Source: Candidatus Curtissbacteria bacterium
Lineage (GTDB): Bacteria > Patescibacteriota > Microgenomatia > Curtissbacterales > GWA2-41-24
NCBI GenBank assembly: GCA_030647775.1
Contig: JAUSJC010000007.1
Span: 50,038-114,037 of the forward strand
Direction of reading: 5' to 3'
DNA length: 64,000 nucleotides
Shown one piece after another: positions 1-8,506 of this stretch (position 1 is the first letter of the stretch; every line of letters begins with the position of its first letter). A program made the translations under genes and the position numbers. The notes beneath the pieces are model-generated. The model was not told the origin of the DNA and did not search any database. It saw only the letters and a list, made by a program, of their open reading frames with translations.

Positions 1-180
1 TTTGTTGCTTTATCCGTTTTAAATTGGTACAATAACCCCTGCTTAAGTTAGAAGTGTTTAAAAGTTTTTGATTCTCCGGAAGCTATGTTTAAGTTCCTAA
101 ACTTCTCGACTCGAATCTTATTTAAGAAAAATCTGTTTGATATTTTTAATTAATTAAAAGGAGGTGAATTTAAAAACAAT

Positions 181-477
181 ATGGCAAAAAGATTATTTGT
201 AGGAAACCTTGCATATAGCGTAACTAGCGCTCAATTGGAAGAACTGTTTTCCCAAGTTGGAAAGATTTCGAGTTTAAACCTAATCACGGATAAGTTTTCC
301 GGTCAAAGCAAAGGTTTTGCTTTTCTGGAAATGACAACCGACGATGAAGCAAACGAAGCTATCAAGAAATTTAACGGTCACGAAATAGACGGCCGCAAGA
401 TGGTAGTTAACGAAGCCCGTCCGCAGGAAAATAGAGATAACAGAGACAGAAATTACAACAAATCCAAAAGTTGGTAA
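181..477 (+). CDS. RNA-binding protein with a single RRM domain, followed by an Arg/Asp/Asn-rich tail
   Basis: RNP-2 'LFVGNL' and RNP-1 'KGFAFLEM' motifs; strong RBS 'AAAGGAGGTGA' about 10 nt upstream of the ATG. Confidence 0.85.
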   Translation: MAKRLFVGNLAYSVTSAQLEELFSQVGKISSLNLITDKFSGQSKGFAFLEMTTDDEANEAIKKFNGHEIDGRKMVVNEARPQENRDNRDRNYNKSKSW

Positions 478-493
478 GCGAGGTTTTTAGTTA

Positions 494-778
494 ATGCTTA
501 TACAAAACCAGGCAAACTCGACCTGTATCCGTTGCGGGAAGATCCGTATCTTTTCTAAGAAATGGAAGGATAAAGAAAACGGTAAGGGGTCTATGGTAAC
601 TCACGAGGAAACCATATGCCCGGATCATGAATGCCAAAAAATCGTTGATGAAAAATTCAAGGAGATCCGTGACCGCAGAGAGCTTGCCGAAGAGCGAAAA
701 AGATATATAGTTCTAGCAAGGAGTGCCAAATCGAAAACGGGTATTAAGTTTGAAGGGAAAAATTTGGCTTCGTCATAA
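494..778 (+). CDS. hypothetical small Cys-containing (zinc-ribbon-like) protein
   Basis: 94-aa ORF with a GAGG upstream; 'CIRCGK...CPDHEC' cysteine pairs; no recognised family. Confidence 0.35.
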   Translation: MLIQNQANSTCIRCGKIRIFSKKWKDKENGKGSMVTHEETICPDHECQKIVDEKFKEIRDRRELAEERKRYIVLARSAKSKTGIKFEGKNLASS

Positions 779-820
779 AATTCACCTTTTTAGATACAGG
801 GAAGAGAGCTTGTAAATCCC

Positions 821-1843
821 TCATTTGAGGTATTTAGCGAAAAAGTCGAGTGATCTTTGGATGGCTGTTTCAAATGACGAGCCGGAGATGTTGTGGCCGG
901 CGCCCGGATAAGTGTAAAGTTCGACAGTTTTACCGGCAGATTTTAGGGCCGTTTCGAGCCTTTGGGAAAAAGATAAAGGAACTTCTTCGTCAGCTTCGCC
1001 ATGGTGGAGCTGAATCGGGGCCGAAATGTATTTGAGGTTATGAAAAGGGTCAATAGCGCTCCAAAATACTGGATTATCTTTTGGAGTCCCATATTTTTGG
1101 GTAAGGTTTGCCCTGTTGGCATTCCTTAGTGCTAACTGTCTCGGTGACGGTTGAAAGGGAACACGTCTTTGCCAGTTATTCATCAGATCGTTGTAAGATC
1201 CGGTAACGCCGGCCCAAATCACGGCCGCTTTTATATCTGTGGACACTTCTATGTTGCGAAGTGTTATGTTTCCCCCTAATGAATGGCCCCACATGCCAAT
1301 TTTGTTTGGGTTTGCGTCTGCAAACTTTTTGATTGACGAGACGGCATTTAAAATATCGACAGTATAAGCCGGTGAATAATAAGCACCTTCGGGCTCCCCT
1401 TCTGATTTGTCATTTCCCCGGTAATCTGATTTGAAAACTATGTAGCCGCTTGTGGCAAATGTCTCGACATAGGCAATGTAGCGCTCGGTTGTTACATATT
1501 GTTCTGGTGGAATATATCCATGGTTAAAAATAATTACCGGCCAGCCGTCTTTCGGCTTGTCCCCCATCGGAACCGTGAGAAGGGCGTAGATTTTAAGGTC
1601 CTGGGATTTGTAAGAAACTATATATTGTTTGTAATTTACGCCGTCTGGTAGGCTTTGCTCAATTGTAATATTACTGCCGGGGTAAGTCTGGCTTCGCATG
1701 TAATCAATTGCCAAAGGGTTGGAGACTGTGGTTTTAGAAGCTGGCGTTTGGCCGCTATTTGCGGCCGGTGGAGTTTTTTTAGAGAAAATTGCCAAGATAA
1801 CAAATATGAAAAGGAGAAATATTGGTATCAGATATTTTTTCAT
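821..1843 (-). CDS. secreted or membrane-anchored alpha/beta hydrolase (S9 peptidase / dienelactone-hydrolase-like)
   Basis: N-terminal hydrophobic segment; nucleophile-elbow motif 'GHSLGG'; 'GAGH' near the C-terminus. Confidence 0.7.
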   Translation of the reverse strand: MKKYLIPIFLLFIFVILAIFSKKTPPAANSGQTPASKTTVSNPLAIDYMRSQTYPGSNITIEQSLPDGVNYKQYIVSYKSQDLKIYALLTVPMGDKPKDGWPVIIFNHGYIPPEQYVTTERYIAYVETFATSGYIVFKSDYRGNDKSEGEPEGAYYSPAYTVDILNAVSSIKKFADANPNKIGMWGHSLGGNITLRNIEVSTDIKAAVIWAGVTGSYNDLMNNWQRRVPFQPSPRQLALRNANRANLTQKYGTPKDNPVFWSAIDPFHNLKYISAPIQLHHGEADEEVPLSFSQRLETALKSAGKTVELYTYPGAGHNISGSSFETAIQRSLDFFAKYLK

Positions 1844-1958
1844 GGAACTTTGGATTTTCGTCCGATCAATCCATATCCGCTACATACTTAGCGGCGATAG
1901 ACTGACTTTTATCAAGTCGGTTTAGAACCTGCTTATTTTGTGTGGGGTAATTTTATAA

Positions 1959-2144
1959 TTACCACTTGTGCGTAGCACCTACATAAACTGCCGAAGCACC
2001 TACCAATATATAGGCGGTTTTTTCGAGTGTTGGCCACGAACCCAAAAGAAGGGTTACGAGATTAAGGTTTAAGAGTGCGACTAGGCCCCAATTAAGGGCG
2101 CCAACGACAACGAGCGCGAAAGCAACCGTGCTGAGAGCTTTCAT
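1959..2144 (-). CDS. small two-helix membrane protein (DUF378-like)
   Basis: 61 aa, two hydrophobic helices, 'ALNWGLVALL' motif typical of DUF378. Confidence 0.5.
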   Translation of the reverse strand: MKALSTVAFALVVVGALNWGLVALLNLNLVTLLLGSWPTLEKTAYILVGASAVYVGATHKW

Positions 2145-2424
2145 AATTTGTTAATCACCTCCTTCCATTTACCTAATTCCAGATTACAAGTAAATGGGGA
2201 TTTAGTCAAAAGCGAAGTTTTTTGAGATAAAAAATTGGGACTAGTTAATGGTTCCTTATTTTATTGCCGCTTGGCCAGGGACGGCGCAAATATTTGGTGG
2301 GGATTCCAGTTCTTGCTTTATTCACTTTTCTTCTGGCTATTTCCAGCCATTTTTTTCCTTTTTCCCAAGAAGCTTTTATCATTACTTAAATATAACACCA
2401 AATCGCTTTGAGGCCAAATTAGAG

Positions 2425-2495
2425 CTGGGAGACCAGGATTCGAACCTGAATAAACAGCTCCAAAGGCTGTTGTCCTACCATTAGACGATCTCCCA
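2425..2495 (-). tRNA. tRNA-Gln(TTG)
   Basis: Cloverleaf folded by eye on the minus strand: acceptor UGGGAGA/UCUCCCA, D-loop 'AAUGGUAGGAC', anticodon loop CUUUGGA (anticodon UUG), T-loop GGTTCGAATCC; CCA not encoded. Confidence 0.8.
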
Positions 2496-2669
2496 ATGTC
2501 CTTCGTATTTTAGCAAATTGGTGATTGAAAACGAAATGGTTTATGTAATAAGTTCCCACCCTCACCAGGATTTTCGACTTCGTCTCCACATAGTCAACTC
2601 CGCTGGGCGGAGCAAGCCAGTGCCAGCGAAGTTCTTGTTTTTTAAAGACTTGATGTTTATTATTGAAAA

Positions 2670-2954
2670 GTGACTGACGAAAATTTAAAAAAGATAACTA
2701 AGATTGTTAGGGTTGAGATTGGTGATGCACTTAAGCCTGTCAATAAGAAACTTGACGGACACGATAGCCAGTTTAAGTCTATTACAAAGAAACTTGATGA
2801 ACATTCCCAAAGGTTAGAATCTCTCTATTTGGATATGACAGATGTCCAGAAAAAAACGGATTTATTGCCAGATATATATGATATTGTTAAGGGCACTAAA
2901 GAAAAGGTCGATGACCACGAAGAAAGACTCCAAGTTTTGGAAAACGCCGCTTAA
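2670..2954 (+). CDS. coiled-coil repeat protein, paralog 1 (unknown function)
   Basis: GTG start; repeated 'KKLDxHxxxL' heptad-like units; C-terminal 60 aa about 85% identical at DNA level to the ORF at 4984..5289. Confidence 0.5.
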   Translation: MTDENLKKITKIVRVEIGDALKPVNKKLDGHDSQFKSITKKLDEHSQRLESLYLDMTDVQKKTDLLPDIYDIVKGTKEKVDDHEERLQVLENAA

Positions 2955-3110
2955 ATATTAATAGCTTCCATAATCCGCAAGGATTATTTATAATCCTGGT
3001 CTCCCAGCCCTTCTTCGTTCCACTCATCAGGGTCTCCGACAGAATAAAATCGAAGAAGGCACTGAGGAGTCATGACATTAGGAAGGACGACGAAGTGATA
3101 AAATTCATCC

Positions 3111-3356
3111 ATGTCTTTTTTTATTTATATTCTTGAATGTGCTGACAAGACTTACTATGTCGGTTGCACCAATGACCTAGAACGAAGGCTAAAACAACAC
3201 AACGAATCCAAGTGGGGCGCCCACTATACAAAAATTCGAAGACCTGCAACCTTAAAATATTCAGAAGAATTTAAAACTCTTTTAGAAGCGCGTAGAAGAG
3301 AAGCGGAAATCAAAGGCTGGCGTAGACAGAAAAAAGAATTACTTTGGAAGTCTTAA
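3111..3356 (+). CDS. stand-alone GIY-YIG nuclease-domain protein (UPF0213/YhbQ-like)
   Basis: 'FIYILEC...YYVGCTNDLERRLKQHN' GIY-YIG core; 81 aa. Confidence 0.7.
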   Translation: MSFFIYILECADKTYYVGCTNDLERRLKQHNESKWGAHYTKIRRPATLKYSEEFKTLLEARRREAEIKGWRRQKKELLWKS

Positions 3357-3452
3357 AATTTTAAGATCGCAAATCCTAATGGCATCCTAGTCCCGTAGCT
3401 TCTTGAGGTAGTCTCAGTGTACGATGTTAGAACTTCTTGATATACTTCTGAT

Positions 3453-4031
3453 GTGAAAGTGAAAGAATATACGTCATGTTTTATAGGAATCCCTCTCCCT
3501 GAAGAATATCAACAAGATTTTGAAAGCTTACTGGTAGATGTTTCACAAATAGAACCCTTATTAGAAACAACTTATCCAAAAACTCCGCATATTACTGGAT
3601 ATTATTTGGATAAACAGTCTCAGTTTAAAATTCTAAACATCGCCGAGAATGTTAAATCCAAAATCGGTTTACTAAAAGGTGTTAAGTTAACCGTAGGAGG
3701 TTTTGGTTACTTTGGAGGTGATGATCCGAAGGTTATATTTTTGAATGTCCGATATACTGAAGCCTTAAAAGAGTTTAATGATGCAATGACAGGAAGTTTG
3801 TCAGAATATTGTGCCCCTGATAATAACTTACCCTCTCATCCACATATGACAGTCGGAAGAATGAGGATACCCAAGGTCCAGCAGTCATTTAAAAAATCAG
3901 TGTCCATTCTTAAAAATAGACTAAATAAGTTGAGCTGGACGTTTCCAGTGACTGAAGTTGTATTATATGGAGTTGATTCTACTCAAAGTCCTCAGTATCA
4001 GGAAAAGTTAATCTCCATTTCAGTTAGATAA
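3453..4031 (+). CDS. 2H phosphoesterase superfamily protein (LigT-like 2'-5' RNA ligase / cyclic phosphodiesterase)
   Basis: Two H-x-T-x motifs ('HITG' and 'HMTV') at positions typical of the 2H fold. Confidence 0.6.
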   Translation: MKVKEYTSCFIGIPLPEEYQQDFESLLVDVSQIEPLLETTYPKTPHITGYYLDKQSQFKILNIAENVKSKIGLLKGVKLTVGGFGYFGGDDPKVIFLNVRYTEALKEFNDAMTGSLSEYCAPDNNLPSHPHMTVGRMRIPKVQQSFKKSVSILKNRLNKLSWTFPVTEVVLYGVDSTQSPQYQEKLISISVR

Positions 4032-4057
4032 TAAGTTTCGATATAGTCAACTCTTCG

Positions 4058-4172
4058 ACAAATTATAATAGTGAGCGTAGTCGAACTACTCAGTGCTATA
4101 GCCCTTCGATAAGCTCAGGGTCATGACGCTTCGGTGAACTCAGTACTATAGCCAGTGCCAGTTTTATTTAGA
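4058..4172. repeat. repeat family A copy 1 (about 110 nt, internally sub-repeated 'CTTCG...ACTCAGT(A/G)CTATAGCC' units)
   Basis: Shares 'TTATAATNGTGAGCGNAGTCGAACTACTCAG' with the inverted copy at 63860..63960 and 'ACTCAGTACTATAGCCAGTGCC' with 5360..5392. Confidence 0.6.
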
Positions 4173-4282
4173 CCTAGTTTGATATAATCTGCCCAGTAAG
4201 GCTGGTATTGTAAACGCAAGAAATTGTTGGAAGAAGAGAATTTCTAACTAAGTGCCTAAGGTGGGGTATTGGCATACCGGCC

Positions 4283-4861
4283 TTGGCGGCATTGCGTCCA
4301 CTTTCAACACTTGCTGAAGGCGTAACAAATCAGGAATATCAGTTTCCCTGGTCTAGAGATGAAATTCTTTTTGGGCCAAACGCCGGATTTATAGAAGCGA
4401 AAAAAGGAATTCCTCTTGGTGTTTATGCCGCCAGCGGCATACGACCGGACCTTGTTAATTTAAGTATGGCACCCTGGAATAATTTAGCAAACAGTATGGG
4501 GAGAACTGATCTTTTTTACTTCGAAGAAAATCCATCTAGGGCAAAAATAATTATTGGTCAAAGTACGAAAGACTATAGCTATACTGTAGCAAATCCTGAT
4601 TTTAAAAGTCCCTATTTAAGATGCGATATTTACTTGGTGAATCAATGGATAGGAGTTATAACACATGAACTGGGCCATACACTTGGATTTGTTGATTTTA
4701 TTTATAAGGATACTGATCCCCGGGATTATTTCAATCCTAAACGTTGTGATCTTCCGGACAAACCTATTCACAGTATAATGGCACAAAATTTTATTGTTAC
4801 ACCAACAGTGTTGATTGGACCAGACGATGGAATCATGCTTAGGCTCGCGGGGTACGTTTAA
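4283..4861 (+). CDS. putative zinc metallopeptidase (HExxH, metzincin-like)
   Basis: 'HELGHTLGF' HExxHxxG motif followed by 'SIM' (possible Met-turn); start codon uncertain (TTG at 4283). Confidence 0.5.
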   Translation: MAALRPLSTLAEGVTNQEYQFPWSRDEILFGPNAGFIEAKKGIPLGVYAASGIRPDLVNLSMAPWNNLANSMGRTDLFYFEENPSRAKIIIGQSTKDYSYTVANPDFKSPYLRCDIYLVNQWIGVITHELGHTLGFVDFIYKDTDPRDYFNPKRCDLPDKPIHSIMAQNFIVTPTVLIGPDDGIMLRLAGYV

Positions 4862-4983
4862 ACATCACTGAACACATAGCAGGTTAAACTATTCCGAACA
4901 TAATCTAGTGTGGCCAGCTAAAATTTAGCCTCAATTTCTTAGTTATTGACATTAATTAAAGATGTACCGATAATAAAATTCCG

Positions 4984-5289
4984 ATGGCTGACTTGACAAT
5001 AAAGGAAATAGAAGAAGTGTTGGATAAAAAGCTCGATCAAAAACTCGAGCCTATTAAGAAGACACTTGATGAACATTCTAAGAAGCTTAATGAACACGAT
5101 GGTCAGTTTAGATCAATAAAAAAAACTCTTGACGAACATTCCCAAAGGTTAGAATCCATTTTCCCGGATATGGTAGATGTTCAGAAAAAGACAGATATAC
5201 TACCAGACATATATGACATTGTTAAGGGCACTAAAGAAAAGGTCGATGACCATGAAGAAAGACTAGGAGTTCTAGAACACGCTGCTTAA
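4984..5289 (+). CDS. coiled-coil repeat protein, paralog 2
   Basis: Shares the 'LDEHSQRLES...DVQKKTD(I/L)LPDIYDIVKGTKEKVDDHEERL' C-terminus with the ORF at 2670..2954. Confidence 0.5.
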   Translation: MADLTIKEIEEVLDKKLDQKLEPIKKTLDEHSKKLNEHDGQFRSIKKTLDEHSQRLESIFPDMVDVQKKTDILPDIYDIVKGTKEKVDDHEERLGVLEHAA

Positions 5290-5339
5290 TCTATCCAATT
5301 TAAATAATACATTCACACACAATTGTCCTGAGCGGGATC

Positions 5340-5392
5340 GAAGGATAGTCAACCCTTCGAAGTACTCAGTACTATAGCCAGTGCCGGCTCTA
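5340..5392. repeat. repeat family A copy 2 (partial)
   Basis: 'CCCTTCGAAGTACTCAGTACTATAGCCAGTGCCGG' matches the 3' half of copy 1. Confidence 0.55.
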
Positions 5393-5427
5393 TTTGACAA
5401 AGACTTCAAGTTTGTTAAACTCACCTG

Positions 5428-5838
5428 ATGGTAAGTAAACAAAAACGGATCAGCATTATTGCAACCAGCTTTCACAAAAAACACGTGGAGGTGATGCTTG
5501 AGGAGGCAAGAAAAACGTGCGGAGAAGTAAGGCTTGCCGTCGCCAATGAAGTATGGGTTCCGGGATCACTTGAAACCCCCTTGGCATTGCAAAGGGAACT
5601 TATGTCAGAAAAAGTAGATGGGGCCGTAGTTCTGGGTATCATCGAACGCGGAGAAACAAAGCATGGGCTGGTGATGGGCATGGCGGTAATATCTGCTATT
5701 ATCGAAATTCAGCTTCAGGCGGGGAAACCGATTGGTGTCGGGATTCTCGGGCCGGAAATTACCCCTGACCAAATTAAGCCACGCCTGAAACCATACGCAA
5801 AAGATGCTGTTTTAGCCGCTTGGGCAATGTTAAAATAG
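5428..5838 (+). CDS. ribH: 6,7-dimethyl-8-ribityllumazine synthase
   Basis: 'ISIIATSFHKKHVEVMLEEA...VWVPGSLETPLA...VVLGIIERGETKH' aligns with the lumazine synthase family. Confidence 0.8.
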   Translation: MVSKQKRISIIATSFHKKHVEVMLEEARKTCGEVRLAVANEVWVPGSLETPLALQRELMSEKVDGAVVLGIIERGETKHGLVMGMAVISAIIEIQLQAGKPIGVGILGPEITPDQIKPRLKPYAKDAVLAAWAMLK

Positions 5839-6224
5839 TGAACTTAAAACATATAGGAATTTTTTGGGGGAAAGTTGTTAAAGGTAAAAAGAGAGGCAAG
5901 TCTCTCGGTTTCCCTACTGCCAATGTTAAGCTGCACAGGGATATTGCCGACGGGATTTATATATCACTGGCGACAATTGATAAACACCAGTACCCGGCAT
6001 TAACGTTTATCGGCGCGGCTAAAACTTTTCGGGAAAAGGATGTAAAAGCGGAAACGCATCTACTTTCTTTTAGAGAAAACATTTATGGTAAACGGATTTC
6101 AGTCAGGCTTTTGGTAAAAATCCGGGGAAACCAAAATTTCAAGTCAGCAAAGATGCTTGTTTTGCAAATGAAAAGAGATAAACAGATTGCGGAAGAATAC
6201 TTTAAAACCACCAAATATGTTTAG
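5820..6224 (+). CDS. riboflavin kinase domain protein
   Basis: 'GKVVKGKKRGKSLGFPTANV' matches the riboflavin kinase signature (GxVxxGxxxGRxLGFPTANL). Confidence 0.6.
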   Translation: MGNVKIVNLKHIGIFWGKVVKGKKRGKSLGFPTANVKLHRDIADGIYISLATIDKHQYPALTFIGAAKTFREKDVKAETHLLSFRENIYGKRISVRLLVKIRGNQNFKSAKMLVLQMKRDKQIAEEYFKTTKYV

Positions 6225-6795
6225 CGGGATTATCAAGGCCAAAGCAAGCGCCAATAAGACCGAAAAGACGGGAAACGCCATGAGAATAGAGTTTACGGCG
6301 CCAAAAGGGTTTAGGGTGAGCTTGGGAGAGAGTGTAAGTATTGACGGTATATGCTCAACCGTTGAGAAAAAAGCCGGGAACAAGTTCTCTTTTTACTACA
6401 TGGCCGAAACGCTTAAAAAAACTACGCTTGCCCAAATTTCGGGTTCCCATGAGTTTAACATTGAGCGGTGCCTGACACTGCAAAGCTTGATTGGCGGACA
6501 CTTGGTAAGCGGGCATATTGATACCGTTGCCCTGTTAAAATCTATCGCCACGCAAGATGATTCAAAACTTATGGAATTTGTAGTTGACCCGAAATTCACG
6601 AGATACATTATTTATAAAGGGTCCATTGCCGTTAACGGCGTTAGCCTGACTGTTGTTTCCGTTTCCAAAAATTCTTTTCGCGTCTCTCTTATCCCATACA
6701 CACTCGCCCATACAAATCTGGGCAAGTTGAAAGCCGGAGATAAGGTGAATATTGAACTCGACCTGATTGCTAAATATCTTGAGAAACTACGGTGA
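6217..6795 (+). CDS. ribE: riboflavin synthase alpha subunit
   Basis: Begins 'MFSGIIKAK' (canonical MFTGI[IV]); two lumazine-binding repeats; ORF-track start at 6187 is probably an N-terminal over-extension. Confidence 0.75.
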   Translation: MFSGIIKAKASANKTEKTGNAMRIEFTAPKGFRVSLGESVSIDGICSTVEKKAGNKFSFYYMAETLKKTTLAQISGSHEFNIERCLTLQSLIGGHLVSGHIDTVALLKSIATQDDSKLMEFVVDPKFTRYIIYKGSIAVNGVSLTVVSVSKNSFRVSLIPYTLAHTNLGKLKAGDKVNIELDLIAKYLEKLR

Positions 6796-6825
6796 AGAAA
6801 AAATTTGAAGCAGTTTTTGTGACGA

Positions 6826-7479
6826 TTAAATTGATTGAAGTTTTTCAAAGCTAATTTCTTTAAAATCCCTAATGATGATATCTGCTTTTTCTAGGTCTTG
6901 TTTGTTGTAAGGAAGTCCTGCAAAACCAATACATTTCATGCCGGCTGCTTTGGCAGCATTTATTCCATGAGTTGAATCTTCTATCACTAAACAGTGGACT
7001 GGGGCTGTATTTAATTTTTGGGCAGCTCTTAGGAATATGTCGGGGGCTGGTTTGCCATTTTTGACATCGTCGGAGGACACAATTATAGGAAAGTGCTTGT
7101 GAAGCTTAATTATCTTAATTAAAGTAGATACTCTTTTTTGGGAGGCTGATGAGGCGACTGCTAGTTTTAATTTTAGTCGTGATAGTTCTTTAACTAATTC
7201 GACGGCACCGGGTACAGCTTTAAGATCTTTGCTTGTTTTCAAAAAATTAATGTAGCTTTCCCTTCCATCTGTAATTAATTCCTCCAATGTCTTTTCTAAT
7301 TGGTATTCCTCCTTTAGCGTTTCCCAGATTACTTTACTGGATGAGCCTCTGAATCGCTCACCGATAGTCTCGGGAGCTTTAATTCCTAATCTTTCCAGGT
7401 ATTTGACTAAATGAATATCGTTTAGGGGTTCTGTATCGACAAGAACTCCATCCATGTCGAAGATTATGGCTTTAATCAT
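6826..7479 (-). CDS. HAD-IA family hydrolase (beta-phosphoglucomutase-like phosphatase)
   Basis: 'IIFDMDGVLVDTE' motif I, 'ASSA' motif II, and 'GIKAGKAAG...IE DS' motifs III/IV. Confidence 0.75.
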   Translation of the reverse strand: MIKAIIFDMDGVLVDTEPLNDIHLVKYLERLGIKAPETIGERFRGSSSKVIWETLKEEYQLEKTLEELITDGRESYINFLKTSKDLKAVPGAVELVKELSRLKLKLAVASSASQKRVSTLIKIIKLHKHFPIIVSSDDVKNGKPAPDIFLRAAQKLNTAPVHCLVIEDSTHGINAAKAAGMKCIGFAGLPYNKQDLEKADIIIRDFKEISFEKLQSI

Positions 7480-7593
7480 ATAGAGATTATATCAACTTCT
7501 TAAAAATACTACCGTTCTCACTCCAAGCCAAATCCTGATTATGGAATTGATGATATCTCCGAAGTGCTTCCTTTGATACTTAAATAACGCTTT

Positions 7594-8277
7594 CTACACC
7601 AGGGGTTTTTGGCCGCTTTCCTTGAAATCGTCAAGGAATTTTTTGAGGCCGATATCGGTTAGCGGATGCTTTACCAATTTCTCCAGTACATCGTAAGGGC
7701 AGGTGGCAATGTCGGCACTGGCAAGGGCCGCTTGTTTTACATGAAGCGGAGAGCGCACGGACGCAAAAAGGATTTTGGTTTTGAAGCCGTAATTATCGTA
7801 GATTTGGCGGATTTCATCTATCAGGTCAATTCCGGTTTGGCCGATATCATCAAGCCTGCCGATAAAGGGGCTGACAATATAGGCGCCAAGTTTGGCAACA
7901 AGAAGTGCCTGGTTGGCGCTAAACACAAGGGTCATGTTAACTCGGATGCCAGTCTTGGTCAAAACCTTTAGCGCTTTTAGGCCTTCTTCTGTTGTCGGTA
8001 ATTTGATGACTACGTTTTTACCCATTTTTGTCAAGGCTCTCCCCTCTCGGATCATGCCCGGGGCGTCGGTTGATAAAACTTCGAGGCTGATATTATCGGG
8101 AACAATTTTGAGGATTTTGGCGACAGCTTCTTTGTAGGTCATCCCGGCTTTTGCCGCTAAGGATGGGTTTGTAGTCACGCCGTCGATTATTCCAAGAGCC
8201 ATCATCTTTTCAACTTCTTGGGGTACGGCGCTATCAATGTAAAGCTGCATGAGAGGATTTATTGTATCAAGTATCAT
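7594..8277 (-). CDS. transaldolase / fructose-6-phosphate aldolase family
   Basis: 'IDGVTTNPSL' and 'IKLP' lysine region typical of the short TalC/FSA family; -35 TTGACA on the minus strand about 25 nt upstream of the ATG. Confidence 0.8.
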   Translation of the reverse strand: MILDTINPLMQLYIDSAVPQEVEKMMALGIIDGVTTNPSLAAKAGMTYKEAVAKILKIVPDNISLEVLSTDAPGMIREGRALTKMGKNVVIKLPTTEEGLKALKVLTKTGIRVNMTLVFSANQALLVAKLGAYIVSPFIGRLDDIGQTGIDLIDEIRQIYDNYGFKTKILFASVRSPLHVKQAALASADIATCPYDVLEKLVKHPLTDIGLKKFLDDFKESGQKPLV

Positions 8278-8433
8278 GTATCACTTGCTAAGTGTCAAGG
8301 AATTAAAGTTTCCAACTCTATATGTGATAAAATTATTCGAAACTAAAGCAGGGTATATCAGCAGGTCGCTTTGGCACAGCCCTTCGGGCTTCATGCCAAT
8401 AGCGCTCCTCTGATATTCCTCCTCACTACGTTC

Positions 8434-8505
8434 GGGGGTATAGCTCAATGGTAGAGCACTCGCCTCTTAAGCGAATGGTTCAGGGTTCAAATCCCTGTGC
8501 CCCCA
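8434..8505 (+). tRNA. tRNA-Lys(CTT)
   Basis: GGGGGTA acceptor, D-loop AATGGTA, anticodon loop CUCUUAA, T-loop TTCAAAT; CCA not encoded. Confidence 0.8.
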
Positions 8506-8506
8506 C

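Noticed and set aside
2248-2484. 78-aa plus-strand ORF
   Set aside because: Lies antisense across the tRNA-Gln gene and has no RBS; an artefact of the ORF finder.
4058-5392. Repeat families A and C as CRISPR arrays
   Set aside because: The copies are about 100-160 nt, imperfect, irregularly spaced by kilobases with genes between them, and show no short regular repeat-spacer periodicity.
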